In this document: positions 1 through 10,700 of the stretch, piece by piece | How the letters are laid out: each line of letters starts with the position of its first letter | Numbering within the stretch: position 1 is the first letter of the stretch | Source: Halocafeteria seosinensis | Taxonomy: Eukaryota | NCBI GenBank assembly: GCA_001687465.1 | Contig: LVLI01000549.1 | Location: 48,515-68,514, forward strand | Reading direction: 5' to 3' | DNA length: 20,000 bases | The notes under the pieces: generated by a model | What the model was told of the DNA's origin: nothing | What the model saw: only the letters and a program-made list of their open reading frames with translations | The model's database searches: none | Position numbers and translations under genes: made by a program

Positions 1-1163
1 AGCCTTTACTATAGCGACAATTAAGGCTCCAAAGCAGATGCTTCCAAAGCTAGTGGTCAACGCGCGTTTAACACTGTTGCACGTCGGATCTTGGCGTTCT
101 GCTTCGGTTTGCACCCACCAGGAGCCCACAGTTCCACTAACAGAAGCTACGATAATACCATGCAGAACAGTAAATCCCCATAGAATGCAAATAGATACCA
201 AGAATACAACGAATCCTTCATGTTCCTTCAGTTTGGCAAAAACTCCGATGACTGCAAAGATCGATAATATAATCCACACAAGGTCGACCATAGCTGTCGA
301 AAACGCGACCAGCTGTGTGGCTGGATAGTCTTTGATCGCTGCGCCGGCAGCAGCAAGATTCGCTCCTGCGAATTCTATTCGAGTCTTCAACAGGAATCTG
401 AGAAGGACGAACAAAAGACCGATCGCGATACATACGCCCCCTATAATTTTTGTTGCAGTCACTGGAACGGCAGCGATTAAGGCAATCCCACCAATAGTAT
501 AGATAGCACCACTTATGTAAAAAGAGGCAATGACAAGTCCTTCTCCGTATCGAGTAAGCAGTCTAACCCATCCTTGGGCCAAGAGAATCGCAATGACAAT
601 GACCGCTACTGCAATTCCCACAAGTGATTTCAGCATCTTGGCCTCAGTCGAGGAAAGGTGAAAGTCGATATCATCTCCCTTCGTCTCCTTTTCAGCGTCA
701 TCTGCAGAAATTGGATGCATAGCTAGCATTGAAATTTGGAAAAAGGAAAACGCACTTTTTTGAAAGCAAAAACTTACTGACAGCGTGCACCGTTGCGGGG
801 ATTCCATACCCACATCCTGCCACTATCATGAGCACGCATACGATTCCAAAGATGACCGCACATGGTACATCCCTCCACTTGTTGCTTCGGCTATCGAGAT
901 CCATGTCCTCATTCATAGCATCCTGCACGCAAAAGAGGCACATGGTGCCTGAAACACCCCGTTGTTCAAGATGCAACAACCGTATATACCTGCGGGGGTG
1001 CTACAGGGACAGCCGCTGCCCCTTGGTATTGAGCCCCTTGTCCATACACGCCGTAGTCTTGCTGCTTGTAGAACCCGGGTGTATCGTCCATTCCTCCTCC
1101 GTATTGGCCTGTGTAGCCAGAGCCGCCACCACCACCGATGTGCATATGGGCTTTGTCGCTCAT
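1..1163 (-). CDS. Choline transporter-like (CTL/SLC44/PNS1 family) membrane protein, 5' part; C-terminus lies beyond the left edge
   Basis: Manual splice model: exon1 1163-990 (MSDKAHMHIGGGGGSGY...PVAPPQ), intron 989-923 (GTATAT..GTGCAG, 67 nt), exon2 922-778 (DAMNED...KWRDVPCAVIFGIVCVLMIVAG...), intron 777-702 (GTAAGT..CTGCAG, 76 nt), exon3 701-1 open to the window edge (missing from the ORF track). Exon3 has several hydrophobic helices and the family motifs SGTVGSWW and RALTTSFGSICFGALIVAIVKA; KWRD precedes the first TM helix. Confidence 0.92.
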
Positions 1164-1916
1164 GGTGTCTCGCAGTGGGATGAAACTTTGTCTCTTCTTG
1201 CAATACACACCGCACCACAGTGTCTTCAGACGACCAAAGAGAAGAAAAAGAGCAATCAATCCGGATGAACTTGGAAATAGTGTTTATCCTACTTGCCTTG
1301 CCTGGAATACCCTAGGATGCATGCATGCGACTTCCACCGTCCGGGCACGTCTTCTGACTCACCGATCCCTTGCACCAGGGAATGTGAAAATGGACGACGA
1401 CGGGAAGGGGAAGATTCTTCTATTGTAGGGGAGGGGATTAAGAACCTGGTCCCTTATATTTTGTTTGCTACATTTGATGAATGGATGGCACTTCTATTGT
1501 ACAACCAGTTTCGGAGCTTAAATTCCAGATAATGTGGGCGTAAAAGTGAGCCTCATCACGAGTGCGATATCAATGGAAACACATTGTTTGCCTGACATAT
1601 CTGAAAAACAGACTTCAGTGTCCAGTAGCACTCGCTGGTTTAAGGTGCAACTTGGCACTCGTTGGTTGCGGTTAGAATTCCTGCCTGGGTGGAAGTCTAT
1701 TTGGACTGACCCCTAGTTGCAAGAATGCATGGATATAAACATTAACTTCCTTAAATTAATTCGATTAATGCATGCACTCTACACGAACTCCATACAATGC
1801 GTGCTCATTTGAACTTCCACCAGGAAGTTACTTAAGAAGGGATACATACCACCCAGTTAGTTGGTAGTTCGATGTATTGATAATGGTAGCTATCAGTAAT
1901 TTTTCTATATAGTAAT

Positions 1917-4900
1917 ATGGCTCACACGTTAGATGCGCACCGTCTAGAGGTGCTGCAAAGTAGTCCTCGGCATGTCCGGAATATCTGTATATTGGCCCAT
2001 GTAGACCATGGCAAGACCACTTTGTCGGATGGACTCATTAGTTCCAATGGCATTATATCGCCCAAACTGGCCGGGAAAATACGCTACATGGACAATACGG
2101 AGGATGAACAGATACGTGGTATCACTATGAAAAGCAGTGCCATTAGTTTATTGCACTATGATCGTCGTTATAGGGAGCTGAAGCCCGAGCAACAGCAGCA
2201 GCACGCGGGGGAGGCCTCCGGAACTGTGGATAATAAGAAGGATTACGTGCCGTATTTGCTCAATTTGATTGATTCCCCGGGTCATGTAGACTTCTCTTCA
2301 GACGTATCGACGGCTGTGCGTATTTCAGATGGAGCCGTGGTGGTGGTAGACGTCATTGAAGGAGTCTGTATACAAACCCACGCTGTCTTGAGACAAGCAT
2401 GGGAGGAAGGAATCAGGCCTTGTCTTGTGTTGAATAAGATGGACAGACTGCTGACGGAATTGCAGCTTACTCCCAGTGATGCCTATGCTCATCTGTGCCG
2501 AATCATTGAACAGGTAAATGTCATTGTATCCTCGCTTTTCACGGCGGAACTCTTGGCCACGAGTCACAGCAGCAACAGCAGCAACAGCAGCAATCCCTCT
2601 ACGAAGCAAACGGAAACCTCGACTAGCGATGCAAACAACGGTAGTACCTCAAGGAGTGGTGACGGTTCTTCCACAAAGGAGACGGATGATGAACTTACTG
2701 CGAGGTTTGAGAGTTGGGCCGTCCCGTTGGATGCGAAAGAAGAGCAGTCGATATTCTTCTCTCCCTCTAAGGGAAATGTTGTATTCGCTAGCGCAATCGA
2801 TGGGTGGGCATTCTCGACCGAGGATTTTGCTGCTCTGTTTGAGGGACGGTTGGATATGAAACGTAATATCCTTCGGAAAGCGTTTTGGGGGAACTATGCT
2901 ATAGTGACCAAAAAGGATGGGCACACCAAGAAAGTTGTCTCGCTAGATGATGAAACGCAGTCCAAAGGAAAACCAGCCTTCGTGGAATACATCCTCGAAA
3001 CAATATGGAAGGTATGTTTGCTGAATTTCCCGAGGAACAGTGCTCCTCTGATAAAGTCGGTCTGTTTACTTCGCAGATGTACGACGTATCTGTTACGAAT
3101 TTCAATGCGGACAAGATGGGAAAGATAGTAAAGAAATTGTCAATTGATGTACCTGCGCGAGATTTGAAACAAAAGGAAGGCCGCAGTCGTTTCCAGAGTA
3201 TAATGCGTGCATGGCTTCCACTTGCAAAAGCTGTGTTGAATATGATAGTCCGAGTGGTTCCGTCCCCAAGAGAATCTCATTCATCAAAATTAAAGAAGCT
3301 GTTTCCTCCTCTCGATCGCATCCAGCTTCAGCATTCAATGGGACCCTCTGAATTCGAAACATTCTTCAATTCTATTGAAAGAGTGCGAAAAGCAGTAGAG
3401 ACTTGCGATACTAGCGACGAGGCTCCATGTGTTCTCTACGTGTCAAAAATGGTTGCATTCCCGAGGAGTAATCTACCCTCTGATGAAGAGTCAGAAAGCC
3501 CCGAATTTGCTCCTCGAGAGTTGCTTCCTCCACGAAGCTCAGACTTGCTAGGAATGCCACTGCGTGAAGGAGTGGAATTATCTACCCGAGAAGAAGAGAA
3601 TCTTCCTTCATGGTACAAGTCTTCTGACGTCGAAACGGTTGTATGCGATCCGTTGTTCCCCTCGGGTCTTATTGGTAGTACTCGCCGGGAAATTCAGGAA
3701 GAAGATACGGAGAATAGCGTTGAAAGAGGATATGATGCTTCTATGGAGGGTGCAGGCGAACATGATCAGAAGGAAACTTTTATAGCATTTGCGAGGATAT
3801 TTAGTGGATGTTTGAGGCCCAATGTGCCGCTGTATATTCTGGGCCCGAAGTATGATCCGGGTAACCCATTCCGAGATCATTCAGCTCACATTACCCAAAC
3901 CACTGCTCCGATTCGGTTATACATGATGATGGGAAGAGATATGAATCCGCTTCGCAAGATAACTGCAGGTAATATAGTAGGCATAAAGGGTCTTGGGAAT
4001 AACATTTTGAAAACTGCGACAGTATCGACAACCCCGCTATGCCCTAGCTTGGTGCCAATGACATTCCAATCAACGCCGCTTGTCCGTGTCGCAATTGAGC
4101 CTAAGCACGTTACGCATTTGTCATTTTTGCAGAAAGGGCTTCGGCTCCTAAATCAGGCTGACCCCTCTGTTGAAGTAACGACGACTGCTACAGGGGAAAT
4201 GCAACTGGCTGCTATTGGAGAGCTCCATCTGGAACGCTGTGTGCGCGAACTTGAAAATCGGTTTGCTGGTGTCGAAGTGGTAGTTTCAGAACCGATCACA
4301 ACGTTCAAAGAAACCATCACCAAGCAAGTATCGGATCATCTGTTGTGGCTGAGCCATCAACAGCAGAGTAAACGAAGCCACATTCGCCATAGAGGAGAAG
4401 GGGACTCTGATGAAGAGAAGGCTCACCACAATGCGGAAGAAGAATACCTTAAACCAGGATGCCATTTTTGCGTTAAAAATGGAGCGATCTATGCGACAAC
4501 AGCTGATGGAAAACTTACTATAGTCCTTCAAGCATTCCCAATGCCTAAGGCGTTGGCGGACTTTCTTAACTCCAGTACGAACATGATCAAACAATTGTTT
4601 TATCGCCTAGAGAGTCACAGAAACGATACAGATTCAAGCAATAACAGAGACTCGGACACGGGAGGTTCAGAAAAGTCAACTGTAAGCCCTCAAACGAAAC
4701 GTTTTCTGAGGGAGCTGTCCCATGTTTTAGAAAACGAGGACCCAGTATGGGGACTGCGCTTACGAGAGATGTGGGCATTCGGTCCTCGGGGCATCGGACC
4801 TAATGTACTTGCAGCGGGGTTTAATCAGGACTTTACTGCACGTCCATCTGCGAGTGCAAGCTCATCATGCTCGGGTTCTGCATCTAAAGAAGCGAGCGCT

Positions 4901-5814
4901 ATCCCAAGGCTGCCATCGGAGGCCGAATCGCTTGCGGGGATGGAAGAAAAGGGCATGAAAACATTTTGGGAGGAAGTAGGCCTGAACATTGAGGGAAATG
5001 TAACTTCAAGAACAGACAGAGAGGAGTTTAGTACGCTGGGTTCTGCCTCTCATAGGTATTTGGCGAATCTGCGGAGTTACTTTGAACAAGGTTTTCAGCT
5101 AGCAACCTACGAGGGTCCAATGGCTGCTGAACCTACATGGGGCTTGAGTTTTGTGTTGAGGGACGTGATCTTCCACACTGGTTTTGAAGAGGCAGTTGCT
5201 GAAGGAGCAAAGTTGAATACACGAGTCATAACGCTAATGAAGAATGCGTGTCACAAGGCGTTTGAGGCAGGCTCTCAGCGAATAGTGGAGGCTATGTACA
5301 AATGTGAACTTCATTGCTCTGGGGGGCGATCTGGTGGCGGTGAGCAGTTAGGCAAGCTGTACAGTGTGTTACACAAACGACGAGGCAGGGTTATTTCTGA
5401 AGATATTTTAGAGGGAACTACTACATTTCAAGTCATAGCATATCTGCCTGTTGTTGAGAGTTTTGGGTTCGGAACTGATCTTCGCAAGCAAACGTCTGGT
5501 GCCGCCACGAGTCCGCAGCTGATGTTTAGCCATTGGGAGGTACGTCTGCGGGGAACAAAAGGGATTTTTGTTGATCACTTTCATTCGTTCTTTGCCTTTC
5601 TGTTTCTGGTTCACAGGTATTAGACGTAGATCCATATTTCCAACCGCAAACTGAGGAGGAGCAGGAAGAATACGGAAGTGAATTCCACCAGGACCAATAC
5701 GTGAACGTTGCCAAGGACCTGATTGAACGCGTGCGCCGACGTAAAGGCCTGGATACCGAAAGAAAGATTGTGATCCATGCCGAAAAGCAACGAACACTAG
5801 GAAAAAAGAAATAA
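1917..5814 (+). CDS. EFL1: Elongation factor-like GTPase 1 (EFL1/Ria1), 60S ribosomal subunit maturation; 1251 aa
   Basis: Exons 1917-3011, 3077-5539, 5617-5814; introns 3012-3076 (GTATGT..TCGCAG, 65 nt) and 5540-5616 (GTACGT..TCACAG, 77 nt) join in frame. EF-2-family G motifs: RNICILAHVDHGKTT, RGITMKSSAISL, LIDSPGHVDFSSDVSTAVR, NKMDRL. EFL1-type features: LPVVESFGF, PQLMFSHWEVLDVDPYFQPQTEEEQEEYG, and the C-terminus VRRRKGLDTERKIVIHAEKQRTLGKKK*. Confidence 0.96.
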
Positions 5815-6325
5815 TCAATAATTGAACGACAGGGCTGGATTGGAACTCATGTTTCAGGGCTCGGCGGTGATTTGTGCACGTCATCAGGAAGAACTCGAGT
5901 CAATAGACCTCATCGTAGTGCTTGACGTGCCTGACACGCGTTTTGGAAACTGTGCAATGTTGCTATGCGACAACATTGTTTTAATCAAAGACGAGTAGGT
6001 CTGTAGGTAGTTCTTAGTGGAGCTGTACCTTGCTTGTGTGAGACTGTATTGTGGGGCGGTGTCTCGTCCAATAATTCCACGACGTGGCCCATGAGCAGTC
6101 GAGGAGTTGCAAAGGCTGGGGTAAACTTACCATTGTCGTAACGCAACCAGCACAGTTTTAGTGGATCGTAGATCCATTTTCTCTGCTGTCTGCGAGTGAG
6201 AATTAATGAACTGTAAAACATTACGGGTACGGCTTTTCATTATTATCCCATTCCAATGCATTCAAAATGTATTGTCATATATTTTGCAAAACTTTTAATA
6301 CTTTCTCGCTTGTTAATTGAAATAA

Positions 6326-6360
6326 TTTTTTTGTTTTGTTTTTTGTTTTGTTTTGTTTTG
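6326..6360 (+). repeat. (TTTTG)n-like simple repeat just upstream of the methyltransferase start codon
   Basis: tttttttgttttgttttttgttttgttttgttttg ends 8 nt before the ATG at 6369. It accounts for the F/C/V-rich leader of the 6336 ORF call. Confidence 0.85.
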
Positions 6361-6368
6361 CATGCATC

Positions 6369-7739
6369 ATGTCGTCGGAAGAGAAACCTCGTGTGGAGGT
6401 GGCGGGGAGCATGGAAGAGGAGGTGGAGCAGCGTTTGGATCGCGATTCCACCGATGACGACGCCAAGAAGCGTCTAGAGGCGTATAAACGCCTCGTTGAC
6501 AAACAGCAGCAATTGTCCCCCATGGCTCAGAGACTGTACATGCTCTCGGCCTTGTCGAAACAAGGTGAAATCATCCCTCAATGTGCTGCCAAGCGCTTAA
6601 AAAGTGCTCTGTTAAAGGACGACGATGCTCGGGTCAAGGAGGCGCTTAATACAGCCCAACACGATTATTCACATCTTCGGGAACGCATTATGGAGACATT
6701 CCGTACGTGTGTGGTATTGCTGCGGTATGAACCAAATGCCATTGATTTACTGTGGCTTGCAGATGCCAAAGCCGAAGCTGAATTCCACGAGTTATTCAAG
6801 GAGCATGATACAGATTTAGGCAAACACGTCTCGCGCGATGAGCGAAGGCGGATGGGCATTCTCGATAAAGACACGAACCTCGTCTACGGAGAGGTGGAAT
6901 TCAACGCGTTCGCGGATATCTTGTCCCAATTGACGGTTCCACCCAATTCCAAATTCATCGATCTGGGAAGTGGTTCTGGGAAAGCCGTGTACGCAGCAGC
7001 CATGCTTCAAGATTTTGCACACGTGGCTGGCATCGAGTGCCTGGAATCTTTGCATAATATAGCCGTACAACTGCTGCCAAGGTTTACCAAGCTGCAAGAA
7101 GACAATGGCCTTGTCCTCGAGGAAGACACTCCAGAAATAGTATTCCATCATGGCTCCTTCTTGGATGACCGATTCGACTGGAGTGACTACAATGTATGTT
7201 TTTCTTCATGTTGAGGGTATGTTCTAACATGATAAAAAGTGTTCATAACGTGGATCACGCAGGTTGTATTTGCCAATAGTACATGCTACGACGATAAACT
7301 GATGAATAGTATTGCGGAGAAGTGTTCGACATTATCGGATGGCGCTTATATCATAACGTTCACGAGGAACTTGGATGCACCTTATATTAAAATATTATCT
7401 CGCCAAAGTTACTACCAAAGCTGGGGAGCGGCAACATGCTATATACATCAGAAGGTGAACTCGAGTGCAGCAGCACTTCATAACTCCTTTTCTTCTGCTG
7501 AGGGGGACCGCTCCGAGACGCATCACGATATGATGTCCTCCCCACAATCAACCGCTCTGTTGAAAGCTAAGCAGGCTAGAAGCCGTGGTATGCGAGAACA
7601 CCATGTTGCTCAAAGGCTACAGCATGATGACCACGACGACGGTTCCGCGTCACCGCAAGGCGATGCGCTCCTCGCCCGGAAAATCTCGCAATTTCAAAAA
7701 AACAGAGAAGGCACACGTCTCCAACAGAAATTTTACTAG
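6369..7739 (+). CDS. DOT1-like class I SAM-dependent methyltransferase with N-terminal helical extension; 433 aa; substrate unknown
   Basis: Exons 6369-7193 and 7263-7739; phase-0 intron 7194-7262 (GTATGT..ACGCAG, 69 nt, contains CTAAC) joins DWSDYN|VVFANSTCYD. Motifs LVYGEV, FIDLGSGSGKAV (motif I), GIE, HGSFL and VVFANS match the DOT1-type methyltransferase layout. Confidence 0.85.
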
Positions 7740-7772
7740 AGCTTTTGTAGATCGTAAAGCTTGCTAGCTTGG

Positions 7773-10700
7773 TCAAGCACACGTAAAGTCGTGTAAAATA
7801 GAAACGTTACTGCACAAATGGCTGGATATAATGATTACGCGCTTGCCAGAGCCAAAATACTTGTTTTCGGCTTTCCGTCTTAGAGCTTCCAAAGAAGCAA
7901 CATCTATTGCCGATACCCCGCCAGTGATAAAAACAACAATTGTGCTAAAATTAGCCGGATGGGATTTCCAGGAGGTCATATGTTGCTTCACACTGCCCAC
8001 TGTAGACCCCAAGAATTTCCCTGCCGTGTCATGTAAGGAGCTCTTGAATGCCTCCCCAAATGTGCTTGATAAGGCACCAACACCACGCTTGACAAAAGAT
8101 TCGGCCGCCCCAATTGTGGCATAAGCCGCCTGTGCTGTCGCTCGAGAGAGCTGTTGCGCCTTAGAGCCCAACTGAACCAATTCAGGTATTTCTTCCGAGT
8201 CGTTATTCAATATCAAGTCAACCAGCCTTGCAAAATAAGGCGAATAAGGTTCCTGCAGAGAGTTCAAGGAGAATCGAAGTCCTGATAGACAAGAAAAATC
8301 TGTCAGGGGAGATTCTTCCAAGGAGGAATCAGCGTTGGATGCTTCCTGAGCGAACTCCCTCATATTTTTTCTCATATGGCTCACTTCGATACTTTTTCTC
8401 AACCATTTACGTACAACGTTGTTTTCCAGGCCCTTTTGGATTAAACGAATCTTTTGTAGCGTACTATCATTCTCATCATGCTGATCTTGCCGCTCTTCCG
8501 ACTCTTCTTCAGACCACTGTGACCATGATTCTTCCCAGTCCTCATCTGGCACATCTTTTTCATCCGCGTTGGAATCAAAGAACTCAGGTGTTAGCTCAGC
8601 AAACTTGTCGGAAGACAGAAAGCTTTTTATCGTCTTACATTTTTCGATAATCCGCTCAAGAGGGTTAACCACAGACGAGAGAGCATGCAGTTGTTCGAGC
8701 TGATGCTTCGATCCAGGAAACCACCTATCGACTTCCGTGTGCTTGGCTAGGAGCATGGCAGTGCCTATACATTTCAGAGCGACGAAAAACGTATGCCCTT
8801 GAACTGTTTTCTTATCCACATTCAGATGCTCTTGATCGGCAAGAGCCACAGATTCGCCATGCATCGATGCCACCAGTAGGATAGAGTGAACGATGGTCCC
8901 AAATGACGGAACTCTTGCTTCTGATTTCTTTTCCGAAGCTGTACCTGCAAGTTCGTACCATCTGGATTCTATGTACTGGTAAACCAGATCCAGGACTACC
9001 ATCCAGGGATCAAGTAAAAATCCTCCAGCTTGTCCATGCAGCTGATCCTTAGTTTGCATCAGGAACGGCAAAATAGCGGAGAGGTCGTAGTTTTCTTCAG
9101 TCTCATCGCGAGGATACCTATCAATTCGTTGTGCAGGATACGCCAAGTAGTTCCATATAGGGATTTCCATCTGACTTATCAAAATACTTTGTATAAAACT
9201 GATCACATTACCGTTTGCAATACGACTTGCTTGTGGCTTCCGAACCAACGTAAACCACAGTTTGGTTAACTGCTCCAGCTTTGTACTCTTTTGACCACTT
9301 TTGATGCAAGCTGTGCGAATAATCGACTCTAACAGTACTAACTCTGAATTCGCGTCGCGAGTAGTCTCGAGTATAATACCCCAGGTGCCGTCATGCTCAA
9401 TGCGAACGCCCAACTCGGATGCTTCATCATGAATACCCAGGTATTCAACCAAGAATTGGATAAGGTAATCAAGTGCCTTCTCTATGCCACTCAAGCATAT
9501 CAAGTAGCGGAAATGGCAGTTTAGTTGGTCTTGAGCGGAAAACAACGAAGGTCCGAACCGCCAGTAGGAGCGGAACAAATGATACAACATATGTTTTGCA
9601 ACGTCTTCATATATCTCCTCACCCGACAAAGGATTGTTCGAATAAAAGACTGAATCCCATGCTTTCAAAACGGAGCCATCGACAGCCACTGCCCCCAGTG
9701 ACTCTTCGGATACTTGCTCTCGAAGAATGGGCAACCACGCTGTCGTGTGCACTCTTCTCCAATTATCAGAGGTAGCGTGGACTCCGAATGAATGTCGTTT
9801 CTCAGCAGCGTATTCCCAAAATGACCATACCTGATTTAGTAAATTTGATGATACATTGCGGATTGAGATAGGGTTCGTGTCCTTGTTCGAAGAACTGCCT
9901 CCCGAGTGAGGCTGTAGCAAGGGTCCCACCAAGTCCAAAGACCGGTCTAGGAGAATGAGTGCCGCTGATTCTAAATGGCTATTCGACGAGTGCTCATGCC
10001 GTTTGCTAAAACTAGGATCTTCGAACGCTTGTTGCATGACACAGTTTCCAATCCATGTGCTGAGCCTTCCCATACCAAAGCAAGCACCCTTCCCCGAAAT
10101 ATCTAAGTTCCTTCTATGCATTTCACACAGTAGTATATGGCCTATATACTTCATCTCTTGTACGAGGGGAGTTGGCAAGTCTGACGGGCTTATATCATAC
10201 AACGACTTGACGGAATCCTTATCGCGTATACTGGAAAACGCCGGACGGTTACGCTTCCCAATATCTTCTACAAACATGCATGTAAGAAATCGCGCACGCA
10301 TTGAAGAGAACATAGATACTTCTTCCGGCCAATGTAATCCGTAAACACCACTTGAATCATTTTTTGTCTTCTCTCCAGGATTGCCACCATCTACAGAGGC
10401 AATACAAGATTGGGGAAGGACAACAAAGCGCACCGAAACAGTAGGAACCGCTACGTTTTTGCCTTCCTCCTCGCGGTCTCTTTCGTGCAATCCACCACCT
10501 TCTTCTTGTTCTTCGAGGTATTTCTGTGCCGAAACTTCCAGGAAGCGCAGGAAAGGAAGTACTTCGCCCGTGTCTGCTTCGTGGTGTCGTCTTGAGTCTG
10601 ATTCCAAGTCTTCTCTCTGGCGATGGGAATAGGCATGTCTATGGCCTCCCTCTGATTCCTTATCATCTTTCGATTGATGAGGATGATGGTTTGCTCGATG

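Noticed and set aside
1917..5623. Two overlapping ORFs (403 aa and 872 aa) suggesting a split or frameshifted EF-2-like gene
   Set aside because: Canonical GT-AG introns at 3012-3076 and 5540-5616 join them, plus a terminal exon, into one intact EFL1. No recoding is needed.
1917..5814. Calling the GTPase eEF2, EF-G or Snu114
   Set aside because: No diphthamide-loop (HxDxxHRG) motif is visible, and the C-terminal DP...TEEE...RRRKGL...AEKQRTL tail is characteristic of EFL1/Ria1.
5840..5905. Hammerhead-like CTGATGA...GAAAC on the minus strand downstream of EFL1
   Set aside because: The segment between CTGATGA and GAAA does not form stem II and there is no room for stem I. A second CTGATGA..GAAA near 18185-18202 also lacks stems.
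5985..6221. 78-aa minus-strand ORF with an internal GTAAGT donor-like site at 6130
   Set aside because: The splice combinations I tried give stops or very short peptides with no recognisable motif. A small gene or lncRNA cannot be excluded without RNA-seq.
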